The position numbers were made by a program, and so were the translations under genes. The notes below the pieces were generated by a model. That model saw only the letters and a program-made list of their open reading frames with translations. It was not told the DNA's origin and did no database searches. This document shows positions 35,270-46,378 of a stretch of 64,000 nt of DNA, piece after piece (the first letter of the stretch is position 1; each line of letters opens with the position of its first letter). Source of the stretch: Sporopachydermia quercuum (Eukaryota). Where the stretch lies: assembly GCA_001599295.1 (NCBI GenBank), contig BCGN01000002.1:558001-622000 (forward strand), given 5' to 3'.

Positions 35270-38200
35270 ATGGCGGAAGATANCGGATCTAGCGATTATG
35301 CTACCTATATTGTAGCTACCAACCCACCTATTGGATCTGCTGAGATTCTAAGAGCTCGTCTAAGAGCTATTCAGAATATGAACGATGAGATTGCTTCCTT
35401 CTTCTCAGAGATCATCGAAGCTGAAAAACGATACTCAGCCGATTTAAAAGGAATATATCGTCAATATAGCTCTATTGGTAAGAGTATTAAATCTTTCAAA
35501 GCTAGCTCAGTTGTTTTGAATCCAAATCCCAAGAATACTGACTTGAATGTTCAATTGGGGCTTGTATCTGACCTTTGGACATCGGTGATTCAAGCCTTTG
35601 AACAGGAAGTTGATACTATTGATTCATTTACTAATAAAGTAGCTGTTGAGGTTGAACAGCCCATCAGTAGAATTACTAGAAATTCCAAGACTTGGAATGA
35701 CATGAAGTTGGCTTCTAATAATGTTTCAAGTCAAGCGAAAGCTCAATTGGCCTTGGAAAATCACGAGGAGAGTAAACATTCTTTGAATCCAAGCCATTTA
35801 TTACATAAAAAGGAATCGTCGAATAAAGATGAACTAGAGAAGCTGAAGTCAGAATGGGAAGAAAATGCTCCTAATGCTTTCCAGCAATTGCAACATTATG
35901 ATGAATATAGGTTAAGTAATTTGAAAGATGCTTTGTTGCGTTATGAAACTTGCTTTGTCGATAAACATCAGGCTAATATCAGCAATTCTGAGAGAATCCT
36001 TGATACTATTTTGTCTTTTGATCCTAAAGATGAAATCAAACGTTATGCATTAGAAATGCAATCTTCCGGTGTTAACTCGATGAAAGGCTCAGCTAATGGT
36101 TCTCATCACCAAGGTCCGAAGGCTCCTGCTTCTCGTAAGAGTGGAGTAGCAAGACAACCTTCTATTTCCTCTAATATAACTACTGGAAATGAACAATGGG
36201 GCGCTAGTGGCGCAGGCTCAGTTTCTAAAGGTCCTGCTTCCCCTGCTAAGAGAAACGTCTCAATGTCTTCTAATAGACCGGAATCTGTAATGGGAGTTGG
36301 TGCTAGTGGACTTATGGCTGGTTTCACGGAAGGTTCTGCTAATGCTGCTGCTGCTCCAGGATCACCATCAAAGTCTCCTAAGAAGCTCAGAAAGAAGATT
36401 GGTACACTCTTTGGAAGAAAAGGAAGGAAGAATAAGAAAAGCAAAGGTGAAGATGCTACTTTTGCTAGTATAAATGAAAGCGCTACAAGCTTTGGCACTC
36501 ATGACACTGGTGAAACTAGTTCTGTTGCTATGGGATCTCATATAGCCGAACAGTCTTCTCTTGCTGGTGAATCATCTGTAATTGCTGAAGAACCCAACAC
36601 CAAACCCCAGTCGGAGCCTGCTAACGCTTTTATTGACGAGGCCGACGAAGCTCTTTACGTTAAGCCTGCTGCAGAACTACCCAGTACTAAGCCTGCAGAG
36701 GCAGAGAACGATCTTTCGTTTACATCTACTCCTTTGGAACCGGTTAAACCTACTGGCCAATCAGGTGAAGAAATAGCTACCTCAGGANCCAGCCATTCTG
36801 CCGGTGCTGCTACTGGTGCTGTTGTCGGCGGTGTTGCCGTTGCAGGAGCTGCTGCTGCAGGAGCAGTTGCCGCAGTGACTGCTGCCTTGGGCCATCAGCC
36901 ACCTCCACCACCACCCTCTCGAAAATCTGCTGGTACCTCTTCAGGTTCTCATATCCCATCAGCAGATGCGTTTGCGGACGTAGAAGAAGAAGAAGAAGAA
37001 GACGACGAAGACGAAGACATCGATAAACCTGAAACACAACCAGGAGTTTATGGAAATACAGCAGCTGCTGATAATACCAGNGAAGATAGCTCATCTTCTG
37101 ACGATGAAGAACCAATCTCTGCTAGGGAGATTACAAGACCTTCAACATCATCAAACAGTATTCCTGCTGTTAAGGCTCAAGAAGAACTAACAGGAGGAAC
37201 TAAAGATGATTCAGAAGCTGCAGAAGCCGAAGATGCCATTTCAAACATTGCCAACTCTTTACCGAAGACAGAGCCTCGGAGAAGAAACAGAAAAGAAGTC
37301 ACATCTTCCATGTTTGAAGGTGTCACTGTCAACCCGACTAGTATTAACTCAGGTCATGGTACACCTAGTGATCCAGCAGCAGCTTTAAGAAGCTTATCTC
37401 TAAGCTCTAATTCGCCAGTATCACCAGTAGGGGATGAACTGAATTCGCTCCGTACCATGAGTATATCATCTAGCTCACAGTTAGGCCCATCTGGTCATTT
37501 GAACCCTGCAAACGTGTTTAGACATCCTGAAATCAATATCCCAGGTTTATACGGAAGTATCATTGAGGTCGTCAATGCAGAATACGTCAATGGGGTTCAA
37601 CAGAAGGTCCAAGTCATCGGTGAAGTTGCATTCAGGTATAACAAATCAGAATCTGATGCTGAAGGTGTTGAACCGGAAGCTATCAAAATCAGGCTTGTTC
37701 CTGGAGCAGCCCAACTAGAAAAATTACTGCCTAACACTACATTTGTTAAGCCTATTATTAGAACTGCTGAAGAAGAAAAGGAAAACCCTGGTGACGAATA
37801 CACTATTTCCTTACATCCTATAACGTCAAGAACATTAGGAGCATTGAAATATATGATCACTACGACATATTCCCCAATAACAATCCATCCAGTATGGAAA
37901 TTCGAACCTCATCAAGTCAGTTTGTTGTTCACTTATAAACTATCACCAGAATTCCTTGAAGAAGTATTGGGTTTCAATCTTAACGATGAAGAAGAAGTGG
38001 CCGATTTAGTCTTGCCTGTATCTGATCTTATTGTCTCTGTAGGCATTGAAACTACCAGCGGAATTAAGAGTGTTATGAGTAAACCAACTGGATTGTATAA
38101 TAAGGCAAACTCAAGAATGTATTGGCGATTTAAAGATATCAGTCATGAAGATGTAACGTTATTGAAATATGGCACGGAAGAGAAAATCCTAGTTAGATTT

Positions 38201-38401
38201 TTACTTGATAATACTAGTCAAGAAATCACTAGTAAGGAAGACAGTAGAGGAATCCAGTTCAGATTCTCATTAGATCTCTCAAATTACTTGAATTATAATA
38301 ATGATAAAGTGTTGAAGCTTCTGTCTCTTACTAGTGATGACTGGGGACTTATTAGATCTTATAGAAAGCTTGTGAGTGGTTCATATACAGCTAGAAGTTA
38401 G
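35270..38401 (+). CDS. SYP1: Muniscin endocytic adaptor (F-BAR + proline-rich linker + mu-homology domain)
   Basis: Helical N-terminus (RARLRAIQNMNDEIASFF..EKRYS), PPPPPPSRK, muHD motifs SIIEVVNA, GEVAF, WKFEPHQ, SKPTG, LVSGSY. Confidence 0.9.
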   Translation: MAEDXGSSDYATYIVATNPPIGSAEILRARLRAIQNMNDEIASFFSEIIEAEKRYSADLKGIYRQYSSIGKSIKSFKASSVVLNPNPKNTDLNVQLGLVSDLWTSVIQAFEQEVDTIDSFTNKVAVEVEQPISRITRNSKTWNDMKLASNNVSSQAKAQLALENHEESKHSLNPSHLLHKKESSNKDELEKLKSEWEENAPNAFQQLQHYDEYRLSNLKDALLRYETCFVDKHQANISNSERILDTILSFDPKDEIKRYALEMQSSGVNSMKGSANGSHHQGPKAPASRKSGVARQPSISSNITTGNEQWGASGAGSVSKGPASPAKRNVSMSSNRPESVMGVGASGLMAGFTEGSANAAAAPGSPSKSPKKLRKKIGTLFGRKGRKNKKSKGEDATFASINESATSFGTHDTGETSSVAMGSHIAEQSSLAGESSVIAEEPNTKPQSEPANAFIDEADEALYVKPAAELPSTKPAEAENDLSFTSTPLEPVKPTGQSGEEIATSGXSHSAGAATGAVVGGVAVAGAAAAGAVAAVTAALGHQPPPPPPSRKSAGTSSGSHIPSADAFADVEEEEEEDDEDEDIDKPETQPGVYGNTAAADNTXEDSSSSDDEEPISAREITRPSTSSNSIPAVKAQEELTGGTKDDSEAAEAEDAISNIANSLPKTEPRRRNRKEVTSSMFEGVTVNPTSINSGHGTPSDPAAALRSLSLSSNSPVSPVGDELNSLRTMSISSSSQLGPSGHLNPANVFRHPEINIPGLYGSIIEVVNAEYVNGVQQKVQVIGEVAFRYNKSESDAEGVEPEAIKIRLVPGAAQLEKLLPNTTFVKPIIRTAEEEKENPGDEYTISLHPITSRTLGALKYMITTTYSPITIHPVWKFEPHQVSLLFTYKLSPEFLEEVLGFNLNDEEEVADLVLPVSDLIVSVGIETTSGIKSVMSKPTGLYNKANSRMYWRFKDISHEDVTLLKYGTEEKILVRFLLDNTSQEITSKEDSRGIQFRFSLDLSNYLNYNNDKVLKLLSLTSDDWGLIRSYRKLVSGSYTARS

Positions 38402-39202
38402 AAAGCATTATTTTTATACTGACGGATGTCAGGAGAATATACGGGCTAGCTTCTGGCAAATGGAGTATGTTAGTATGGTCTAGAAGTATATTGTGTATGG
38501 TATAATAGGGTGAGCTATAGTGAAGTTGTATTAAAAGGAGGGAAAGTTGGAAATGTATACATAATTGAGAAAAAGGAAAGAATGAGGAGAAGAATGAGGA
38601 AAAGAATGAGAAAAAGAACGTGTGATTACAAGAAAAGTGATTGATCGATTGACTTTTTTGAATATTGCACTTTCTTACTGATTCTTTTTCTTCCGTTGAT
38701 GTCTTTCACTGTAATTCATACTAAAATTTATGTTTAGTTATATACACTTTTGTTTTGATTATTTGCTTTACTCAATTGTCATTTGAAGTTGTTTACAAGA
38801 AGAGGGTTGATCGTAGCAATAGTAATAGTAATAGTAGTAGTGGTAGTATTCAAACATTTACAGTACTCAAATAGTGTAAACCATTATATACATACAATCG
38901 TNTCTATAGAGTAATCACATACCATACTAATATTGATTATACCTGTTTGCTCATACAACTGAAAGAAAATGCCCATACTAATCAATCTCATCACCCTTAC
39001 ATTATACGTTCCGTTCCATATTTTCACCTACTTCATCATCCATAATNAAACACCGACCAACCAGTTATCCCAATCATAATCCATCCGAATGCCACATAAC
39101 TTATCATCTATCCTATTATACTACTCCATAGTTAATATATACATGACAATAAACTGTTTCTCAAAGTATCTTTTTCTATTTCCATGTTCTTGCTCATTTG
39201 AT

Positions 39203-40252
39203 TCAATTCACCTCATTCGAACTACCGAGATATGCAGAGAATATTGACCTATCATCCCAAAATTCGTCTCCTGGCAATCTAAACTCATCATCATCAAATA
39301 TAGATGATGTTTGAGAACATGTGGTTAGAAATAAATGTGTAGATGTTAATTTGGCTGTAGGTGGTTGGGGCACATGCCTCAAACCAGAGGTCAATGATTT
39401 GTATAATGGTGATGCAAAGAATTTCAACAGAAAAGGCTCAGTAGATGAAGAAGGCCCATAATGTGTTTGACAGAAGGAATTGTGATAATTTATATTTCCA
39501 GCTTCTTGCTTGCTAATTTTATTCTGTTGTTGTAGCAGTTGTTGTTTCTGTAATTTGTTGTATTGCAATTCTTTTGCTACTTTCTTAATTAAATCCACTT
39601 CCCAGGTTTCACAATTTTTCAATAGATCTGATGTGTAGAAATGTGGTTTATGTTTGGTGTCTGGCTTATTCAATTGAACTCTACGCGTTCCCGTTCTCAT
39701 TTCACGAAAACTAGGAAAGGTAGCACCAGGGACCGTTGTTGACTGAATGCGATAGACATAAGAACTTGTTTCACCAGCATCATCACCAACGCCACGGAAT
39801 GCAGTTATGTCTGCAACAGCTACATCGTCTTGATCATCAACACCCCAAGAAGATATAGGATTGCCAGTGCCTGTTGTGATATCAGATCCAGAAGAAATAA
39901 CACTGCCTCTGTTTCTATTCTTTCGTCTTTTCTGTCTTCGAATATACTCGCTTATCATCTCAGCAGATTGTTCTTCTTGCCAAGCGTTGATTCTATCTGC
40001 CACAGAGGGCACCAAACTCCCAGCACGAGGATTCAAGTGAATTGGCGTGGCAATAACCTCATCAAGATCTGATAAAGAGGAAATACTTAAAGGTTCTGTA
40101 GAAACATCGTCAGTATGAGGAGAGAAAACTACCCAGTCCTCTGATGGTGTTCTCGTTATATTTCTTGCTTCTACCTCAGTAGAGACAACACCATTATCAG
40201 AATTCGAAACCGCTCGGCTCTTATATGCCGCTGCAAATTGGTTGAATGCCAT
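39203..40252 (-). CDS. Uncharacterised 349-aa low-complexity protein; candidate selective-autophagy (pexophagy) receptor of Atg30/Atg36 type
   Basis: Intact single-exon ORF with S-E-D-W-V-V-F-S-P (cryptic AIM-like) and E-P-L-S-I-S-S (Atg11-binding-like). The ORF is solid; the function is inferred. Confidence 0.55.
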   Translation of the reverse strand: MAFNQFAAAYKSRAVSNSDNGVVSTEVEARNITRTPSEDWVVFSPHTDDVSTEPLSISSLSDLDEVIATPIHLNPRAGSLVPSVADRINAWQEEQSAEMISEYIRRQKRRKNRNRGSVISSGSDITTGTGNPISSWGVDDQDDVAVADITAFRGVGDDAGETSSYVYRIQSTTVPGATFPSFREMRTGTRRVQLNKPDTKHKPHFYTSDLLKNCETWEVDLIKKVAKELQYNKLQKQQLLQQQNKISKQEAGNINYHNSFCQTHYGPSSSTEPFLLKFFASPLYKSLTSGLRHVPQPPTAKLTSTHLFLTTCSQTSSIFDDDEFRLPGDEFWDDRSIFSAYLGSSNEVN

Positions 40253-41909
40253 CTTGAAAGTTGAAAGTTATATGTTCAGAAAGCGTTTTTATGTTACTAT
40301 TTATGAGCTCCCTTGTAGCTGACCAGCGTTCACAAAATAAAAGTACTAAACAGTCTGTCCAGCGCTTAACGCGTATTTTTTAGAAAATTCTGTAAAATGT
40401 TTGTAAATTGACTGTTAAAACCTTTATCTTCTCAGCTTGTCCTTTGGAGCCTCACAAAATTCAATGCTCATCAACAAATACTTGTAGTTCAATTCAGTTT
40501 TTCGTCACTATGGGTATCTACGTTTCTTATCGGCTGCTGAAGAGTCTTGTCCTTTATCAGTAGTAAAAGATATGTCTGTCACACGGACTCGAACACGTCA
40601 AAGCTTGCTTAACAATTTATACAAAATGTGACCGTATAATAGCATTCCAAAAATACATGCAATACTATACAATCCAGGAGTTTCTATCCTTCTTCTAGGT
40701 GTCAGAGTAGTTGATAAATAGAAGAGTGACAAACAGTGTTGTAATTGTCACTTCGATAAACTTAGTTACACAATACTTTCTTAATGATGCAAATTCAGGT
40801 GGAGGCAATTTTACCGGACAAAAAAGAAGGACAAAAGGGGAATTTTGATTGATAAGAGTGAGCTCGTCCGGTGTTGGGAGAAATGTATTGTGTGAAGGTA
40901 GGAAGGAATGTACGATGATGTAGGAAGAGAGGTGTTTTAATGAGAGTAAGCGATAAGAAGAATATGTGTTTTATTTGGATACGGTAAATGGGGGGTGATT
41001 TTAGTTATTAGTTTCACCGAGATAATAGGAGAAATATGCCGATTATGTGTGTAGGTAGGTAATCGCTCTTGCTAAAAGATGGTAGATAGCCTTTACTCAT
41101 CATTAATCGCCCGGATAACCGGACAGAGTGCAGATAGGGGTGAAGCTGGATTCATTTCCCGAACGGACGAGGACGGAACAGGAGCAAAAAAGGACAGGAA
41201 ATGGCAGTGGAAATGATAGGAAAACGTTAGAATGAGTATATTGAAAAGGAGAGAATATGATTCATACTACAACATTGGATACAGCAAGTTGAACAATGGA
41301 AGGATTGTAGAATACAAATTGTGGAAAGGATGTATGGCTGTCATTATGATTGAAACAAGGTTAGAGATAGCCGAAGTAGACAGTGGATGAAAGAATCGGA
41401 AAGATACGAAATAATTCCTTGATATTACTGACAGAAATAAAATACAGAAAGCTACTAAATAGAATTACCTAGAGTAGAATATCCTGGTTGCCATATCGTA
41501 GAATGTAAAAATTTCATGTCTTAAGGCACTTGATCTCTGTATCTCCGAAGAACCAATGTAGGCTAGGTAGTAGATAACCTGATTCTAACCAAGCACAATC
41601 AAACGGTTGAGAAATTAACTACAACTGTGTCATTCCCTTACCTCTAACCTATTTACACTTGATGTAGCGGTTATCAGAATATTTCACATAATAGAAGAGA
41701 CAACTTATTGGTTGTTCAAGCCTTCCTTCCCATCAAACAGCAATTCATCCGTTATCTTGTCCATTCAATTTTTGGGACAATTGCAAGGACATTAAATATG
41801 ACATAATCAAAAATAGATAAGGAAGATGACCTGTAAGTGTCATGTGTGGCTCTTCCGAATGAATGGGTGTAAAGTCAGGATCCAAACTTGCACAATCATT
41901 CGCCAAAAC

Positions 41910-41917
41910 TCACGTGA
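41910..41917. promoter_or_regulatory. Cbf1/bHLH E-box TCACGTGA upstream of the MIN8-like gene
   Basis: Perfect palindrome about 370 bp upstream of the ATG at 42289. Confidence 0.35.
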
Positions 41918-42288
41918 TAGGCACTATACAAATGTCAGAAATGTCATACTCTTATAACAAGAATCAAGCAGTTTTGTCCTGTTTTCAACGCCAATGTATC
42001 AAAGTTTCTTCGGAGGTGAGCTTTCCAAATTGGACATCAGGTCATTTAAAGAAAACCGAAGATGACATACGAGACACGAGCAAGACATACTTTCCACACA
42101 GTAGAGTACCATTCACTACCATCTAACCATCAAATTGACACAGTTTTTCTTGACTTTTCCTTGTAATTGGTGGGAGAGGAATGGGATCTTATGAGAAAGT
42201 GTATAATTTCAACAACTTACGATTGAGATAAGAGACAAGTAATTGGTTACTTTGTATATTCGATACATCAACTAAATATTAATTCAAA

Positions 42289-42925
42289 ATGAGACCTACC
42301 AATGTTGCATTGAACGCCAGTGCTGTATGTTGAAAAAATGTGGAGAGAAGAATGTAAATGATGGATGTTTTGCTAGTTAAAGGAAGGGACTTGATTCAAA
42401 TAATACGATAAGTTGAAAGGGTATATTCTGGGTCTATGTGAAATTAATGCTAGCAAAATGTCATCAGGCAAAAACCGTGGTAACAAAGAATAGGCGATAC
42501 TAGTTTCGCGATGATCTCAAGTGTCGATACAGATTTACTAACATGTTGCAGAAAAAGGGCATCCTCAAGTACGTTCCTCCTGAATTGGCTCCTCTTTGTA
42601 AGTAACACTTTGAAGAAATACGAATGGAATATCTTTTCATCAAGAATATAAGAAGAAAATCATTTTGCTAACATTCTACTAATAGTCGCTGCTGTTGCTG
42701 TTGCACTTGCTTGTAAGTAAAACCTCATATCATATATTCTCATCAACAATTGAGATTCAAGTTAACGACCCAACTATACTACGTTACCATTACAAAGTCT
42801 AACCATATAATTCAGCTGGTGTCTATTTCACTACTAAGAAGTTCAAGTATGACGAATCTTTGAGATTGTCTAGAAATCCTCACAATTCTGCTTTCGACGA
42901 ATCTTCTGGAGAAATCAAGAAGTAA
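42289..42925 (+). CDS. MIN8: NDUFA4/COXFA4-like mitochondrial microprotein, 72 aa; exons 42289-42324, 42552-42597, 42686-42712, 42816-42925
   Basis: Three canonical introns (GTATGT/GTAAGT/GTAAGT; TACTAAC/GCTAAC/TCTAAC). Product MRPTNVALNASAKKGILKYVPPELAPLFAAVAVALASGVYFTTKKFKYDESLRLSRNPHNSAFDESSGEIKK matches the pattern of S. cerevisiae YPR010C-A as I recall it (P.EL.PLF.AV.VAL.SG.YFT.KK...DE.LRL..NP). Confidence 0.88.
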
Positions 42926-43689
42926 ATCAAAATGATAACAAAATTTTGGAAAAAAGTCTTTTTGGGTACGCTTAATCGATATATGGTAAAGTGTACTGTT
43001 CATGTCTTAAGTATTTGAATTGATATTTATATTCTCGTCGAAATTGCATTATAATTTTAATCTGGCATTGTCTGCTGTAGATGCGTCTGGTGGTGATTGT
43101 AGATCTTGACCAGACTATAATTGTGCACTTGTCAATCCCTTTATAATTGAAAACCTAGCACGTTNAACCATCAAAACTGAACTAGGTTCCCTTAAACTGA
43201 ATCTCTCAAAAATTCAGGTCATTGGAAGCTAAGTGATAAAAATTTCTATTTTCAAGTCCCGTACTTACATTTCCATCTACTCATAGCTTGATATTATACA
43301 TTCTTTTCTGCTTTTTACCATTGGCCATACACACTAATAGAATTAATAGTTCCATGCAGAACTATGCAAACTCATGCGAAAGTTCTTAAAGTGTTACACC
43401 CAAACATTTGAGAATTATTTAAGATTTGGCGATTCTGAAGATTTTGTGTAACTCAATTGTCAGGACCCACATAAAAGCATTGCCATTCCATAGTCAAACG
43501 AATAATTGAGATACCAATTGAGATACCATATAACTACCTAATACCTTTCTACTATAAATAATGAGGATTTCCTATAAAATTTAATTTTTGCAATCCGACT
43601 TGTTTTATTTTGCCTGAACTTCCTTTTCTTTTTCATTGGAAGCCAAATAACCATTCAATGTCAGTGCTCAGGCCAGCCATGTATCCCTT

Positions 43690-43698
43690 TCACGTGAC
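43690..43698. promoter_or_regulatory. Cbf1 site TCACGTGAC upstream of RIM1
   Basis: Full RTCACGTG consensus on the minus strand, about 250 bp upstream of the ATG. Confidence 0.4.
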
Positions 43699-43945
43699 AT
43701 TATCATTTCAAAATTAGTAATTGACCTGCCTTCATGTGTGACAATTGTCCTTCTCAGACATGAACACAACAAAACAATTAAGAATTCTCGCGTTAATAAT
43801 CATTTGTTCCTCTGAAAGGATTAGCAGTTGACATTTATTCTCTATNTAAGTAACTATTTTGANAGTAACGATAGAATCAAAGAAGTAGANTAAGAAATAA
43901 TATAAACCGTCAAAAATCTATTTAATAATATTTTAATTATAAAAA

Positions 43946-44542
43946 ATGCTGTCAGTGTTCAAGAGAAGCTTTTCCTCAAATGCTGTGAAAAGCGATGTGG
44001 CCAAGCTCACACTTATTGGTCATCTTGGTTCTTCTTTGGAGGCCAAGAAAGCAAGCAACGGTAGAGAATACTTGAGATACTCTTTGGCTGTTCATACCGG
44101 TCGTGGTGACAAGGAGACTACTTCATGGTTCAATATTGGCGTTTTTGACGATAAGACTATTGAATATATGACTAGCTCTGTTAGAAAAGGGTATGTAATA
44201 TAGCTTGAAGTTTGATTGAGCCAATTGAACATATATTCATATATATCGGCATATAATCGCGATTATTGATAGTGTAACTAACAATTTTTTTTTTTGTTTT
44301 CTAGTGCCTTGTTATATGTTGAAGCCAATGCTTCTATTCAAGCCTATGAGGATGAATCTGGTGTTAAGAGATCCAACTTGCAACTTTTCCAACGTATGTA
44401 TAGGATAACCTAGGGAACTGCAAACTTGTCATAACAGAAGCTCACAATAACCATGTAAAAGTGAGTGNTTTACTAACAAATCATTGCAGAATCATACAGA
44501 ACTATTAGGAATGGTCCTGAAAAGACTGAAGAAAGTGCTTGA
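43946..44542 (+). CDS. RIM1: Mitochondrial ssDNA-binding protein, 128 aa; exons 43946-44190, 44305-44393, 44490-44542
   Basis: SSB OB-fold (KLTLIGHLG, YLRYSLA, TSWFNIGVF, VRKG/ALLYVEA). Two GTATGT...CTAAC...YAG introns restore a 387-nt frame. Confidence 0.93.
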
Positions 44543-44967
44543 ATGTTTGTCTAGATTTTCGCTGGCTATCCCCGGTGTATATTTGTATATTATTGAATCT
44601 TTAAAAGTATAATGATACCTTATTTTCTTCCTTCTCCTCTCAATTATTTTTTCCTATCCAATGTACTTTTGCTTGTTGATAGAAACTCTGTCATTCTTAT
44701 TTAATTATGAAAAGATATATTACGATAACCTTAAATGTAAGTATTACTTGTTCTGTTTCTGATACTACAGAAGGGGTCTTACAGTGCTTGTTAAAAATGA
44801 TATCCATAATATACTTATTAGTAAAATCAAGTGTACNGAGTAAGCTTGGAAAAGAAAAGAGAAGCGTTTAGCATCAAATTGAACAATTATTTGAAACATG
44901 AGCATCAACTGTATATACCAGGAAAGAGGCATACTTACCTTTCATTATCCGGATGGTTTTTATCTCT

Positions 44968-46140
44968 TTAATCCGTAAAATCAACACTGCTTAGCTCAAA
45001 ATTCTTGAACTTGCTTGTTGATTTAATGGAGTCTTGTGAATCATCTGTCGTCCTTTCAATAGCATATGTATGGAAATGAAATTTGGCAGTAACAGAATCT
45101 GAACTCTCAGCATATTGAGAGCCAGTCTCAAGATCAAGATTAGTGATTGAATCATTATCTTTTGATATCATTTTTCTCATAGCATTTATACATTTTCTAT
45201 CAAATTTATTCTTCTTTTCTGACATATAATCAACAGAACTTCCAAGCCCAATCTTTCTTAACCATGAGGCATACATTTTCATGGAATCAGTACCCGTACC
45301 AAGGAATATGAATGTTAAAAAAGCGACAACAAAATAGATCCATCTTTCTAATAGTGGTGGTTGATCTATTTTGAAAACATAAGCAGAATACTGGTAAATC
45401 AATTTTGGAGTCCAAGGGATCATGCTTTCTCGCAGGATATATATGAAATCAATGAGAATGTATAAAGCACAAGGTCCTGTGACTAGAATGACTCCAATAC
45501 AAAAGACCATTACCCTTAGAAGTCTGGAAACATTGAAGCCAGATTCAGCACAATGCAAGAAATCCTTCAAGTTTCTTTTTCTTTTGACGACCTGAATAAC
45601 AGCTAAAACAGCATAAACAACAGCAACAATCGACCATAAAACGGGAACAATTCCAACCGTTAGTAATGCTAACCAGGTAGATGCCAAACCAATCTCACAA
45701 CCGGAATATCGTAGCACAATATATCTCACGATCATATTCAATACCGAGATAATCATTAGATAAATTGGCGTTACCAAGCAGAATAGTAGGTCTTCAATTA
45801 ATCTTCTTTTAGGAGGCTTTTCAGCAAAAGCAGAAGGATTATTCATAATTAGATATACTTGTCTCATGATAGCAGTAATGGCGCATATGATTCCTGCTGA
45901 ATATGCTACTTTGAAACGAACCATTATGTCACAATAAACGTAGCCATTCCAAGAGTTTTCTATCATATTTGCATCACCCCAAATAATGGCATCAATGAAA
46001 GTTTTCAGACACATTATCAGTGTCCAAGTGATAAGAATGATTGTTGATACATTCCTATTTATTATGTGAAAGATGAATGGAGGAATGTTGAGTATTATAG
46101 CCAGAACTGACATAGATATTAATGCTGCTTTATAATCCAT
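44968..46140 (-). CDS. STE3: a-factor pheromone receptor (7-TM GPCR)
   Basis: Seven hydrophobic segments; W.G..YCDI, RY...RYSGC, SGFNVSRLLRV, FIFLGTG.DS..MY motifs of the Ste3 family. Confidence 0.95.
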   Translation of the reverse strand: MDYKAALISMSVLAIILNIPPFIFHIINRNVSTIILITWTLIMCLKTFIDAIIWGDANMIENSWNGYVYCDIMVRFKVAYSAGIICAITAIMRQVYLIMNNPSAFAEKPPKRRLIEDLLFCLVTPIYLMIISVLNMIVRYIVLRYSGCEIGLASTWLALLTVGIVPVLWSIVAVVYAVLAVIQVVKRKRNLKDFLHCAESGFNVSRLLRVMVFCIGVILVTGPCALYILIDFIYILRESMIPWTPKLIYQYSAYVFKIDQPPLLERWIYFVVAFLTFIFLGTGTDSMKMYASWLRKIGLGSSVDYMSEKKNKFDRKCINAMRKMISKDNDSITNLDLETGSQYAESSDSVTAKFHFHTYAIERTTDDSQDSIKSTSKFKNFELSSVDFTD

Positions 46141-46353
46141 GATGAATACGATTCAACCGTTGTTATGCAAGAATTGTGAACTTGAACTTCTAAAGCCTGT
46201 TAATCGTTGAGTATACAGTTTCCAGTAAAGCCTTTCGTTTATGTTGACAGGACTTTCTAGGTGCATCTCTTTTTCGTAACCAAGCTGATGCACATCATAA
46301 GACACAGAGGCATTCATTTTAACAGGATTTGCTATGCTTTTTATCACCCCAAG

Positions 46354-46378
46354 TTCATTGACATTCCAATTACATTTG
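46354..46378. promoter_or_regulatory. Possible MATalpha1-Mcm1 (QP'-like) site upstream of STE3
   Basis: TTCATTGA-CATTCCAATTACA has the same CATTG-to-AATTA spacing as my recollection of the S. cerevisiae STE3 site (GTCATTGT-GACACTAATTAGG), but the distal GG is missing. Confidence 0.35.

Noticed and set aside
44931..44960. ATACTTACCT as a second U1 snRNA
   Set aside because: Not followed by SL1/SL2 loops or an Sm site; better read as a minus-strand splice donor.
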